Positions 39,326 through 52,668 are shown, numbered from the whole stretch's first letter. The stretch: 56,266 nucleotides of DNA, filler included, from Catajapyx aquilonaris (GCA_000934665.2; 2 parts of 2 records of this genome joined end to end with filler, not necessarily neighbours in it); one strand, 5' to 3'. The notes: generated from the sequence alone by a model not told the origin. A program made the numbers and translations.

Positions 39326-39830
39326 GGGGGCGCATTAGTAAAAATACGGTAGGCGCATTTTTGAGGTAATTTTATTTTTTGTGGCGAAACGGACGGTTAA
39401 TCGGAAAAATCACGCCGAAGGTGCCCTGCGCAAAGGTTTGGCCTTTACTATGGTACCACACTCGATATGATTGCATTAAAATTGTGGACATACGGGCGCC
39501 GATGCGTTGACTTTGTCGCGTTCCTGCCGCCATGTTATTCAAATGGGCTTTTCGGGAACTCCATTTTCCTTTCACTTCAACTCGATGAAAAGGTCACTTC
39601 TAGGCCGAAAATGGGAAAATGACGCCGAAGGTGCCCTGCGCCAGATCATGTCCTATTTTTTGGTGTAATTTTTGTGTCCATTGCTCCATTTTTGTGGCCG
39701 TAAGGCCGCCGATGCGTGGACATGTCGAATCCCCATATGCTGTCCATGCAAACGCGAGTTTGTTTACGTAGTCGCCAAGGGCTCGCATTGTTACCGATTG
39801 TTACCGTATTTTTTTTACTAATGCGCCCCC
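39326..39830. mobile_element. 505-bp TTAA-specific, GG-ended MITE (Kolobok-like)
   Basis: TTAA-GGGGGCGCATTAGTAAAAA...TTTTTACTAATGCGCCCCC-TTAA; an inverted sister copy lies at 49969-50481. Confidence 0.88.
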
Positions 39831-40109
39831 TTAATGGGCATATTTTAAATAATGTTTATAGAGTGACTGAGCGGTTTTATGTAATAGAGAATGCATAAAA
39901 AATAACATCGAATAGTTTTATCCCATTTTCTCCTTCCTAACTTCCAAAAACACTTACAATAATGATGATAGGTTATTCCCTAATAGGCCCGCGACCTCTG
40001 TGTAGCACACATCATTCCATTCACTGCTCTGCTGATGGATATTCATTGCGGGAGGAAAGGGAGACTCTCGAGTGAACCCTAGTGAAGAGGGAGAGGGAGG
40101 GAGGGAGGG

Positions 40110-40128
40110 GAGAGAGAGAGAGAGAGAC

Positions 40129-40152
<24 letters not shown>
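40110..40152. repeat. (GA)n microsatellite
   Basis: Visible run preceded by (GGGA)n. Confidence 0.9.
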
Positions 40153-40174
<22 letters not shown>

Positions 40175-40469
40175 TGACTCTTTCTACACAAGGAATTGCT
40201 ACGTCCTATTAGGGTATCGAATTCGGAATTTTAGAGGTAGAGGCTGTGGTCTTACCCACTTATATTATTAGACACTGTCAGACTGAACTTTTTAACCCGT
40301 TTATATACGAAACAGCAAATTCATATATCCACTTGTTGATTTGTGCAAAGTATAAAAGAAGGAGGTTAAAAATGTGGGCTAATAGCTTTAAGTGGCAAAT
40401 TCCATCTTCTCCCTAATATTTTGGTGTTAGTAGTCGTATAATTGGAGTAATCCCGCTATTAATGACTGT

Positions 40470-41270
40470 ATTATATCAAAAACATTCCCTTCAGTGAAAA
40501 AAAGAGAAGTAAGACCTCCGCAGCGGAATGAAGGTACTGAAACAAGGCAGGCGCACGTAAGACCTTCACCAATTGATTTAAGCTGTACCATAGGTCTTAC
40601 TCAAGCAATTACCAATTTACTACTCATGAAATCTCCTTTCTGAAAACAAATTTGTGGAATTTCTGTCGTACTACTAGTTACTTCTAACTTAGCAGTACCA
40701 GTGTAGTGCAATAGTACTGCTAAGTTAGCAGTAACTACAGACCTATAGTTAATAGTAATAGTAGTACGGTATGACGAAAATTCCACCAATTAATTTTCCA
40801 TGAGCCACTCCATATTAGTGTTTTATGAAATTAGGAACTTCAGTGATATTAAGCACCTTGAATTGCTATGCGATTGGTGCGAATTATTGCCATGAAACAT
40901 TCATGCAGAATCGGCACCCCTTTTAGAAGCTGATTTTAACTCTAGCGTTTAATTTTTCACATGTAAACGTTAATTGGAGAATTTTAGAGGGTCTTTTTCG
41001 ATTGGACCAAGTCTGTTAGAATGGGTTTAGTTTTTCCACCATTTTTTTCCTTTCATAATAAAATCCTACCTACTGCTCTGAGTAGTTTGCAGCAGTCATT
41101 TTACGAGACGTTCCATACCGGACTTGAGAATTGCTTGAGTAAGACCTATGGTACAGCTTAAATCAATTGGTGAAGGTCTTACGTGCGCCTGCCTTGTTTC
41201 AGTACCTTCATTCCGCCGCGGAGGTCTTACTTCTCTTTTTTTTCACTGAAGGGAATGTTTTTGATATAAT
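40470..41270. mobile_element. Element with ~140-bp near-perfect terminal inverted repeats
   Basis: 40470-40610 is the reverse complement of 41129-41270 with about 1-2 differences; no clear TSD. Confidence 0.8.
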
Positions 41271-41455
41271 TTCAGCTCTTTTTTGACAGTACACATAACT
41301 TATGCTCTTACAGTCTGCACTATGAATCCATTGGAGACGATTTTCGTCGCTTAGAAGTTCCTAAAATTATTTTCACAGAGATAGTCGTAAAAAAACGAGA
41401 GTCGAGTGCTACCAGCCAACGGTTAGTCTGATTTAATTAGTCTGGCTTAATAGTA

Positions 41456-41881
41456 CAGTTGAATCCGGATAAAACAAACTTCAAGAGACTGCGGAAAGAG
41501 TATGTTATAACCGAGGTCTGTTATAGCCGAATCGTCACGCAACGAAAACATACATTTTTGATTTCAATATGGCTGTACTATGCACTATAGCCTACTAGAC
41601 TACATACTGATTAATGAAATCTGTCACAAATGCAATATTGGCTCACCCGAAAATTATGCAGGACCAAATTATCCGAAATTTCCTTCTGCCGTCTCCTTTT
41701 TGCAAATTTTATACCTGGAAAACAATACTGTATTTTCCCACCGAGGGTCCAAGAAATAGTCTGTTATACCCGAGGTGAGGTGAAAATGAGTCTGTTATAT
41801 CAGGAGTGAAAATACACAGTGCCTAATGGAAGCACCCGGGACAGCCTTTATAACCAAGTCTGTTACATCCGGATTCAACTG
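41456..41881. mobile_element. pogo/Tigger-like MITE
   Basis: ta-CAGTTGAATCCGGAT...ATCCGGATTCAACTG-ta. Confidence 0.85.
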
Positions 41882-43366
41882 TAAATCTGTAATAAGTGCA
41901 ATGCGTTCACACCCGCAGCGGCAGGGTAACATTTGGCTAATAACAATATGGCGAGGTGGTAAACAAGAATTGTCGCTTCTAGGTGATGGCGTCATGAACA
42001 AATGAAGTAATGACGGAAAAAATACGAGGTAAAAAAATCACAGCTCCAATCCTGTAGCAGTGGGAACTGTGAGATTTTGAACATAGATCCGCACCATCCC
42101 ACTGCATCTTCGGCCCTTTGACGAAGAAACCAAATTCCGAATAGTTATTGAGAAAAAAATTTGAGATGTATTTTTTGGTGGGTATAAATTTTTTGCAGAA
42201 TTTTGAAGAGGAATTAAGTAAAAGTGTAAATGGTAGGAAATCAGGTCACGATGGTGGGGATCTGTGTTCAAAATCTGGAAACTCTACCTACAGCAGAACT
42301 TGAGTTAGGGCGAATAAAAAAAACGTAACAACAAGTAGGAAAAATTCATTGTTGAAACATTGTTGAAATCTATGCTACGGTCTTACTTAAGGGCTATCGC
42401 CCTTAAAATAAAAACACATAGGATATCTATCAAATTAATTTTATATACGGCTTAAATATTAAACTTTACAGTATTTTATTCCACCAAATAAACCGGCATA
42501 TAGTTTTTTAGCCAAGTCAATGTGATCATGGAGACCACTGCATTAAAATTCCTGCTGCAATCTATGCGGCTGGGACGGCTTAAAATCATATTGGTGAAGT
42601 CCGGAAGGTCTGCTCCGAAATACCGCACGCCGCCTGTTCTCTGCACGGGCTTTTCAATATCATCAAACTACTAATTACCATGTACCCAAACCGAAGTTTT
42701 AGTCGGATAAAATTATGTCTGCTTAGCATGCATTTCTAAAGTACCAATGACTGTTGAAATTTCGACATTTTTAGTCTATTTGATGAGAGCAATATTATAG
42801 TTGGTCGCGTATGAAACGTTGATAATAATGTTCTTCAGTAACGATCTAATGTGGGGTATTTGTGGATTCCTCTGCCTATCCTGCATCAAAACACTAAGTT
42901 TTCATGGGATTTCTATTTGCAGTACCTACAAATACCCCTCTCGAATTTATTTGCTTGGGATACCATACACTAAATAGTGTAGTGCTGTAAATAATTCACA
43001 CTGTAGTTGTTATATTGGCTACCTCCAGAATTTCCTCCCGCACCTTTCTCTTGTTCTACATTCTCCGAGTTAACAGTAGAGCTGAAAACAATGATTGTTC
43101 AGAGGATTTCACCCAAATAATAACCCTGCTGCATGAAGCCATCAACTGCGAATAATTATAACAAAATTCGCATTTTGTGTAAATTAATCCACGTCTATTA
43201 AATGAAATATGTAAGCCTACCTACCAAATTACCTGCTATAATCTTCACATATGAACAACTGGGGTAGAAGCCAATAACGAAACTTTAAAATATTCGGCTT
43301 AAAATTTCTAACATAAAAATTATGAAACAAGTTATATACGACCCGAGAACTCTGCACGAGATGAAG

Positions 43367-43448
43367 GGGGTATCCCCGGGTTGGGTTCGAGCCCGGGACC
43401 TTAACATCCGTGGGCGCGTACTTACCGCAGCGCCACTCCGTCTCCCCG
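43367..43448 (-). pseudogene. tRNA-like sequence (SINE head or tRNA pseudogene)
   Basis: GGGGAGACGGAGTGGCGCTGCGGTAAG...GGTCCCGGGCTCGAACCC has A- and B-box-like motifs but no convincing cloverleaf. Confidence 0.5.
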
Positions 43449-43848
43449 AAAAAAAGTTATATTAGTCTACCTACCGCATTTTGTTCAAATTTGGTTGCCA
43501 CCATTTGGTTTTAATTTGGTAAACATTAACATTTTGTGGTTTACACCAATAATAATAATAATAGGTGAGGGTATTCACGGTAAAAATGTGATCTCCACCT
43601 TTGATCACTAGTAGTGCAATAATGAGGGTTCATTTTGCCATGCTGATAATAATTACTCTCATTGGTTTCTTTGCATATTAACTAAATACATCATTAGCAC
43701 ATATTTACTGTCACATGATGGAACGCTCCAGAGTGAACCATTTGCTCTCCTATAAATATTTAGAGATGCTGTTGTTGGTGGACTTAACTTTAACACACAA
43801 CACGATGTAGATGGTCTCGACGACTTTTATAACTTACACATATAACTA

Positions 43849-44042
43849 CACTCTAAGAAATGTCCGGGTTAAATAACCATGACAAAAGTGATCTTTTTTC
43901 CAGGATAAATATATTTAACCCGGACATTTCTTAGAGTGTATACACTCTGTACACTCTAAGAAATGTCCGGGTTAAATAACCATGACAAAAGTGATCTTTT
44001 ATCCGGGATAAATATATTTAACCGGGACATTTTCTTAGAGTG
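43849..44042. mobile_element. Two tandem ~90-bp CACT-ended palindromic mini-elements
   Basis: CACTCTAAGAAATGTCCGGGTTAAATA...TATTTAACCCGGACATTTCTTAGAGTG occurs twice; absent from units 2 and 3. Confidence 0.8.
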
Positions 44043-45707
44043 TTAGCTTCTGTTGCAACCGATGGCAAAAACCGAAAAAGCATATTATGAGAAGGCATTC
44101 ATTAAACAAGCCCGGATGTTAAGCTTTGGTATAATATTATACTGTAGCCCACGGTATGCTATAAATAATATTAATACATACATATAACCGCAGTCACAAT
44201 AGGTCTCTTGTGAATTGTTACATCCCTGAAAGTATGCCGGATTTTCAAAATGACTTTAACAAATTCTAGTCACAATACAATGTCAATGGGACTTGAACGA
44301 TGACCCCCCCACTTCCCATCTACCTCCCCAGCTACCTCGCCCCCCTCTCTAGGCTACCATTGTTACCATCGCCCTGAGTAACCAAACAATATAAATTGTT
44401 TTGAAGTAACAGTCTGGAGGTGACGTTCGATGACATTGGACGTGTGTCCAGCCTTAACAGGAAGTCTTGTGGTTTACCACTGAAAAGCTCAAAAACCAAC
44501 CCTTGAACAGGTAGGCAACAATCCCCAGAGGGGCACCCACCTCGGGGGAAGTCAATGCCCAAGTTTCAAGTCACCTTTTGCGTTTAATTGGGTGCCAGCA
44601 GGTGAACCCATTTTGCATCCAGGTTGTAGGGTAGGTTCACTTAGTCATTGGCTTGCCACCAGTAGGTCAATATAATAACTGTTACAGGGTATGTTACTGG
44701 GAATCCACATGAAGATTTGCATTAGGAAGAATGAATCTAATATAATATTATACTCTCATCTTATAAGTTATATTATTTTATACAGTATACAGTATTACGG
44801 AAGCCCGCAGAGGCAAGCTTGTTTATATTGGCATTGCTCGAAGACAGTATAATGCATCTAATATACTGCACTATGTTTCACTGCTCGCTATTTATTTTTA
44901 CTGCTCGACTATTTATTTTCGGTGGTCGACTCTTTATTGTCAGTGCACCAATGTTTTTTTCAGTGCACCAATAGAGGGTGATCCAAGTTCGTGGATCGTT
45001 TTTAGTGATAACTAATATCGCCCGAAGTAGTTATTTTTATGTAGCTTGTTGCGCATAGATCCAGGTGTCTCATTACTCCCAGGTGGTCGAATATAGCTGT
45101 TTCAAAAGAATATGGCACCTGCGGTTAGGAGCGCAACAAGCTACAAAAAATAACAGCTTCGAACGAAATTTTCTTCTAGTCAAAACGACCCACGAACTTG
45201 GAAGTTGGAACATTCTGTATAGGGTCCGTATATATTTTCACCTTGAAATTTGGCACCTGCACCACCTAATGCTGACTGGCGAGATGAGAAAGTGCCCTAA
45301 GATAATCGCAAACAGCAGGTAGTGCAATAATGGGAGTTCATTTTGCCATTCTGATATTATTCTCATTGGTGTCTCTGTATCATATACATACCGGTATATA
45401 CGAGTAAGATTATAGTACAGTATAAGGAAGTTTGTCGGTATGTCCCAACACCACCTGCACCATGGTAACGGGGTTATGATAGCAACGGATTACCATGGCA
45501 ACGGGTCGCAATAGCAACCAGGTTACCATGGCAACAGGGTTACCATATGAACAAACCTAGAGAACAACCGGATTACCATGACAACCGGGTTACCATGGCA
45601 ACTGGTTACCATATGAACAACCCATTTACCATAGCAACCAGGTTACCTGGATAACGGGGGTTACCATAACAATGGTGTTACCATGGCACAAGAGACAAAG
45701 AATTTTG

Positions 45708-46516
45708 GGATAAACTGTTGTTTATCCGCACCTTAACAACACGGTGAGTGTTGGGCCACCCGACGGTTGGCAACGATGTGTCGCAAACAATCGGGTGCCT
45801 ATTGATACTGCTGCATGGTTACATGGAACTGTGCTTTATTCTTCTTGTCGGGCTTTCGGGGATTCAATTCGGGATTTAGAGGTGATTAAGTGGTTGGAAT
45901 AGCCATTTGTCTTGGTGTTGCTGTATGGCTTTTTGTTACCGCAACAGTACTGTACATTGTTGTGGCCTTGCCAGGCACGGTACGTCGCCCGTGCGTGATA
46001 TTTTTAGTTTTTGCGGAGCGAAAGCGGAGCTGGGCGCTTATTGTGGGGTTCTGTGTCCGCAACATTTACTGCCGTCTTGTGGCGCCGCAGGCCAACGAAC
46101 GTTATTGTGGCTTTGCCAAGCTCGAAGTACACCTTCACACGGTCCGTTAAACCAACGAAGTACATGACGCCAAGTTCCGCCCGCCTCCACCCGGCTCTCC
46201 CCTCCAATCATGCCAACGACTCACTCTGCAGGAATACTACAGCACGCGCTCAGAAAACACGGATGGTGTGACATCATGTGGTTCTTTGGGTTAACGGACT
46301 GCAGCAACCATCGTGGCTTTCATATTTCCCACCTCCTTCATTAATACTGCGGTCGTAGCACTCGTCTGATCGGTTCTCATGGCAGGGGTAAGAGGCACCC
46401 TTTGTTGTGCTCTCCTGGTAACCCGTTGTTTGCGACGCGTAGCCAACATGTTTGAAGCCCACGAAGCCCTCCCAACCCCGCCGAGTCGCAAGGTGCGGAT
46501 AAACGATAGACTTTCC
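45708..46516. mobile_element. 809-bp GG-ended DNA transposon with 8-bp TSD (Merlin-like)
   Basis: TSD GAATTTTG at 45700-45707 and 46517-46524; imperfect TIR sharing GTTTATCCGCACCTT; the empty site is in unit 2 at ~49197. Confidence 0.85.
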
Positions 46517-48438
46517 GAATTTTGAAGTAAAATTCTCCCTAACTCACAATAGCCGATGCGTAGTTCTTTGTGAATGTACCTAACTGACCTCTCTCCTGCA
46601 CACGTTTGTGGTATTTTCCCCATATTATGAGTACAATTTTTTTAAATGAGTTTAATGCGGAAGTAATTTACACTGTTGCGAAATTTTACGTGGTGTCGTA
46701 ACAAGTGCCAAAAAATGAGCCTAAAATTGGTGCTCCTGACCAATGAGGCCGATTTTTAAGTTAGATATGACCTTACGGCAAATAATTGGCCTACCTTTGT
46801 CAAAATTTGACTGATTTGTACGCTAGCGTGGGGCTTTTGACAACTACTAGCAGTTGGGAGAACCCTTGTTTTCACGGTTTTATTGTGCCTAGAGGGAATG
46901 GTCAACCGCAAATGCGACCATTCTTTTACGTAGGGAGGGTGGCATCGAGTGTCTCCTCTTTCGTCCAGAGTAGGAACTCGAAGAAGGTACCAATTCTCTT
47001 TATTCCCTCCTGAACTAAAGACATCATTAGCGCATATTATTTTAATCTCACATGATGGAAAGCTCCAAGGTGAACATTTGCTCTCCTACAACAAATTCTT
47101 AGATATGCTGTTGTTGGTGGGCCTACGGTAGGCCTACTTTTATACCCAACAATGTGTAGAAGGTCTCGACGACTCAAACTTACACATACAAGATACAATA
47201 TTTAGCTTCTGTCGCAAAAGCTATGTTGCATTCGATGGCAAGAACCGATAAATCACATGAGAAGGTATTCATTAAACAAGCCCAGATGTTAAGCTTTGGC
47301 ATGTAATCTTACCCACAGTAAGCTATAAATAATAATAATGCAGGCACATAACCAGTCATAAGAGGGCTCTTGTGACTTGTTACATCCCTGAAAGTATGCC
47401 GGGAGTTTCAAAATAACTTTAAAAAATTCTAGTCACACTACAATGTGCACTTGAACGAGGACCCCTTCATACCTCCCCCTTTCCCTCTCCCCCCCCACTC
47501 CCCATCTACCTCGCCCCCTCTCTAGGCTACCATTGTTACCATCGCCCTGAGTAACCAAACAATATAAATTGTTTTGAAGTAACAGTCTGGAGGTGACGTT
47601 CGATGACATTGGACGTGTGTCCAGCCCTAACAGGAAGTCTTGTGGTTTACCACTGAAAAGCTCAAAAACCAACCCTTGAACAGGTAGGCAACAATCCCCA
47701 GATGGGCACCCACCTCGGGGGAAGTCAATGCCCAAGTTTCAAGTCACCTTTTGCGTTTAATTGGGTGCCAGCAGGTGAACCCATTTTGCATCCAGGTTGT
47801 AGGGTAGGTTCACTTAGTCATTGGCTTGCCACCAGTAGGTCAATATAATAACTGTTACATGGTAAGTTACTGGGAATCCACATGAAGATTTGCATTAGGA
47901 AGAATGAATCTAATATAATATTATACTCTCATCTTATAAGTTATATTATTTTATACAGTATACAGTATTACGGAAGCCCTCAGAGGCAAGCTTGTTCATA
48001 TTGGCATTGCTCGAAGACAGTATAATGCATCTAATATACCGTACTACACTATGTTTCACTGCTCGCTATTTATTTTTACTGCTCGACTATTTATTTTCGG
48101 TGGTGACTTTTTATTGTCAGTGCACCAATGTTTATTTTCAGTGCACCAACACAGGGTGATCCAAGTACGTGGATCGTTTTTAGTGATAACTAATATCGCC
48201 CGAAGTAGTTACCTTTATGTAGCTTGTTGCGCACAGATCAAGGTGTCTCATTACTCCCAGGTGGTCGAATATAGCAGTTTCAAAAGAATAGGGCACCTGT
48301 CGTTATGAACGCAACAAGCTACAAATAATAACAGCTTCGAATGAAATTTTCTTCTCCTCAAAACGACCCACGAACTTGGAAGTTGGAACATTCTGTATAG
48401 GTACCCTATACAGAATGTTCCAATTTCCAACGTATATA

Positions 48439-48843
48439 CAGGGTGGACCAACTTCAAGTGTCGTTTTATAACGGCGATTAATAGCAGTGATTTTGCGATG
48501 ACGTAGCAGCGACGTGTAAAATGTTCCACTTCGGCGCCATCGAAAATATTAGCTGCCAAAAGCAGCACACATGTAATCAACCCTGCTGCTGGGTTGACCT
48601 GGAAAAAAGGAGGTGCACACATGACCTGCGATGCGCCTGGGTGAAATGGGTGACGCCCAAGGCACCAGATTGGCATTGGTGCCGCATGTGGTTGCACAGG
48701 GTTCATTACATGTCTGCTGCTATTGGCAGCTAATATTTTCAATGGCGCCGAAGTGGGCCATTTTACACGTTGCTCCTACGTCAATCGTAAAGCGCTTCTA
48801 TTAATAGTCGTTACAAAAAAACACTTGAAGTTCGTCCACCCTG
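48439..48843. mobile_element. Tc1/mariner MITE
   Basis: ta-CAGGGTGGACCAACTTCA...TGAAGTTCGTCCACCCTG-ta with long inverted arms; empty site in unit 1 at ~45230; sister copy at 55485-55895. Confidence 0.9.
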
Positions 48844-49968
48844 TATTTTCACCTTGAAATTTGGCACGTGCACCACCTAATGTTGACTGGCGAGATGAGA
48901 AAGTGCCTTAAAATAATAATCGCAAACAGCAGGTAGTGCAATAATGGGAGTTCATTTTGCCATTCTGATATTACTCTCATTGGTGTCTCTGTATCATTAC
49001 CGATATATACTAGTTAGATTATAGTACCGTACAGTATAAGGAAGTTTGTCGCTATGTCCCACCACCACCTGCACCATGGCAACGGGGATACGATAGCAAC
49101 GGATTACCATGGCAACAGGTTACAATAGTAACCATGTTACCAGGATAAGGGGGTTTACCATAACAATGGTGTTACCAGCATGGCCCAAGGGACAAAGAAT
49201 TTTGAAGTAAAATTCTCCCCAACTAACAATAGCCGATGCGTAATTTTTTCTGTGAATGTACCTAACTGACCTCTCTCTTGCACACGCTTGTGATATTTTC
49301 CCCATATTATAAGTACAGATTTTTTAAATGAGTTTAATGCGGAAGTAATTTACACTGTTGCGAAATTTTAAGTGGTGTCGTAACAAGTGCCAAAAAATGC
49401 GCCTAAAATTGGTGCTCCTGACCAATGAGGCCGATTTTTATGTTAGATATAACCTTTCGGCAAATAATAGGCCTACTTTTGTCAAAATTTGACTGATTTG
49501 TACGCTAGCGTGGGGCTTTTGACAACTACTAGCAGTTGGGAGAACCCTATAGTTTTCACGGTTTTTATGGTGCCTAGAGGGAATGGTCAACCGCAAATGC
49601 GACCCTTCTTTTATGTGGGGAGGGTGGCATCGAGTGTCTCCTCTTTCGTCCAGAGTTGGAACTCGAAGAAGTTACCAATTCTCTTTATTCCTTCCTTAAC
49701 TAAAGACATCATGAGCGCATATTATTTTAATGTCACGTGATGGAAAGCTCCAAGGTGAAACATTTGCTCTCCTACAACAAACTCATAGATAATTATGCTG
49801 TTGTTGGTGGGCCTACGGTAGGCCTACTTTTATACCCAACAAGGTGTAGAGCGTCTCGACGACTCCCATAACTTGCACATACAAGATACAATATTTAGCT
49901 CCTGTCGCAAAAGCTATGTTGCATTCGAGGGCAAGAACCGATAAATCACATGGGAAGGTATTCATTAA

Positions 49969-50481
49969 GGGGGTGCATTAGTAAAAAAAAATACTGTAAC
50001 AATCGGTAACAATGCAAGCCCTTGGCGACTACGTAAACAAACTCGCGTTTGCATGGACAGCATAATTATGGGGATTCGACATGTCCACGCTTCTGCGGCC
50101 GTATGGCCACAACAATTGAGGAATGGACACAAAAATTACACCAAAAAATAGGACATGACCTGGCGCAGGGCACCTTAGGCGTCATTTTACCATTTTCGGC
50201 CTAGAAGTGACCTTTTCATCGAGTTGAAGTGAAAGGAAAATGGCGTTCCCGAAAAGCCCATTTGAATAACATGGTGGCAGGAACGCGACAAAGTCGGGAA
50301 CGCTTCTGCGCCCGTATGTCCACACTTTTAATGCAATCATATCGAGTGTGGTACCATAGTAAAGGCCAAACCTTTGCGCAGGGCACCTTCGACTTGATTT
50401 TTCCGATTAACTGTCCGTCTCGCCACAAAATATATAATTCCCTCAAAAATGCGCCTACCGTATTTTTACTCATGCGCCCCC
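49969..50481. mobile_element. TTAA-specific, GG-ended MITE (Kolobok-like), second copy
   Basis: Reverse-complement copy of 39326-39830; TTAA at 49965-49968 and 50482-50485. Confidence 0.88.
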
Positions 50482-50485
50482 TTAA

Positions 50486-52056
50486 GGGGAGAACTGAGTT
50501 TTGGCAATTTTTTTTTCCAGCAAAATTTAAACAACTTCCATGGTTCACTGTTCATTAGAAAAAAAAACAATTGACTTCATAGGTAACAAGGTTTTAATGT
50601 GGACTCTTTTGAGGTCCATTTCCAACAAAAAGTTTAAAAAAAAAATATTTATTGAGGTGGCTGCATGGAATATTCTGTGATGCTGCATCTTGTCGCATCA
50701 TGGTGATTGTCGTAGACTCTGGTTTGAACCACACTACATGGAAACATAAACATGGCTTTAAATGACTCTTATGGGATGTGGTTATGGGCCAAATCTCTGA
50801 AATTGAGCATTTTATTTTTTCAACTTAGAAAAATTAAAAATTTATTAATTTTTTCAACTTAGAAAAATTAAAAATTTATTAATTTTTTTAAAAAATACCA
50901 CAAAATTTCAACAATTTTTGAAAAAGATGTAAAAAACGGGAATGTTCCTTTCAATTCTGGTTAATTCAGCCCTAAACTACACATGCATGCAATGTTCCCT
51001 CAAAATTTCATGTCAATCCATAGAGCGGTTCATGCGCTATGCTACGACAACTGCACAAAAATGTAGTTTTGAGAAAACTGCATTTAAAGTTGGGAGGGAA
51101 AATTTCATATTAGTCACTTCTGTATTTACATCTACTCTATTAATCTCCCAGTCCAGGTTCATAGTCTTTGAATTTCTTTCGTGATCTTCAGTTTCCCCTT
51201 GACTCCACCATTGTACCATACCACTGTAGTGTACGCAGCGGTCTCAACTACTGCCAACGGTCCACTAAAACTTTCCTATTTATTTACAAGTCTTGAAATT
51301 GTTGAGAGGTCCACAGGTTTCGCACACTACCTCCCAAATGGCTTGCTGCCCCATCAGTCTGTCTCTTGTATGCAGACCTGTCCTTGACAATTTTCGCACC
51401 TCAGTGGTGCCAACATATTTACAAACACCTCACGGTCCACAATGCGGTTTCCGCTGAAAGAATTGGCACCCTCCTGGACCTCAGAGACCACCACCTTTCG
51501 TGCTGAACCAGTTGGACCAGGGACATCATCTGCGGAGTCTTTTGATGTCGATGCAGTGTCCTGCTTCTTGTGTCCATAGAAGTGACGCTTCGCAGGCCGC
51601 CCAACAGAACCCTTCCTATCTCTCTTCTTGTTTCTCTTACGCCCACTCATCGTTCACCACCAAGTTCTGGTGACCGTAGGAACGACAACTACTATTCAGT
51701 ACCACCCAGACCATCTCAGGATCAGCTGATTTCCATTCCAGGGTTACCAGGTGACATCAGAACAACAGTGTTCGAAATATCGAAATACCATACCAGTGTC
51801 AGAAATGCGGAGGACAGGCGGGTGGGGGGTGGGGGACCCCGGGGTCCCATGCGCATGTCCATATGGGAGAATGGAGGGACGGGCGTGGACGGGTGGCTGC
51901 CAGGGTGTGCCGCGCTTGTTTGAAACGCGCATATCTCCGTTAATATTTGGAATTTTTGAGTGCGGTTTGTGACAAATAAAAGAGGAAGGTTGACACTGTG
52001 ACATATATTAAAATTGCAAAATCGATTTTTTTCAAGGTCAAAACTCAGTTCTCCCC
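50486..52056 (-). mobile_element. Internally deleted Kolobok-type DNA transposon
   Basis: TTAA-GGGGAGAACTGAGTTTTG...CAAAACTCAGTTCTCCCC-TTAA, containing a broken transposase. Confidence 0.85.
51140..51650 (-). pseudogene. Transposase remnant (N- and C-terminal parts fused, catalytic core missing)
   Basis: MSGRKRNKK...GNRIVDREVFVNMLAPLRCENC, then frameshifted VVCETCG, then AVVETAAYTTVVWYNGG and ..YEPG. These recall the GxRIVD-CxxC-CxxC and AVxxFNxG motifs of this transposase group. Confidence 0.65.
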
Positions 52057-52249
52057 TTAAACATGCCCAGATGTTAAGCTTTGGCATGTAATCTAACCCA
52101 CAGTAAGATATACAGTATATAATAATAATGCAGGCACATAACCAGTCATAAGAGGGCTCTTGTGACTTGGTACATCCCTGAAAGTATGCCGGGAGTTTCA
52201 AAATGACTTTAAAAAATTCTAGTCACACTACAATATCAGTGAGCATATA

Positions 52250-52668
52250 CTACATAAGAGGCGCAAACTTCTGTCGGCGCCTTTGATGTTCGCGTCTCTC
52301 GGCTTATAGGGCGTTGCCAAGGCTGGCGGCCATCTTGAAGTGTGTGGTGCGCCAACGAGGTGTGAATAGGGTACAGGCAAAAATAGGGTCCGCCATCTTT
52401 GATGATTTTGGCGGCCATGGCAACTACACGCCAAGAACACGCGCGAATTTGAATGCGATATTGGAATGGGTAAGTAAATTGTTATTGACGTGTATTGCCA
52501 TGGCAGCCAAAACCATCAAAGATGGCGGACCCCCGCGGACCTTGACGGCCTGCCTGTACCCTATTTATACCTCGTAGGCGCACCACACACTTCAAGATGG
52601 CCGCCAGCCTTGGCAACGCCCTATAAACAGAGAGACGTAAAAATCGAATGTTTGCGCCTCTTATGTAG
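52250..52668. mobile_element. Palindromic TA-flanked MITE
   Basis: ta-CTACATAAGAGGCGCAAAC...GTTTGCGCCTCTTATGTAG-ta with ~170-bp arms; absent from unit 2 at ~47440. Confidence 0.85.

Noticed and set aside
45455..45690. Spaced palindromic repeats as a CRISPR-like array
   Set aside because: Eukaryotic context, irregular short spacers that resemble each other, and no cas genes.
48251..48742. 163-aa minus-strand ORF (and related 55628-55909)
   Set aside because: Lies mostly within a palindromic MITE and has no transposase motifs.
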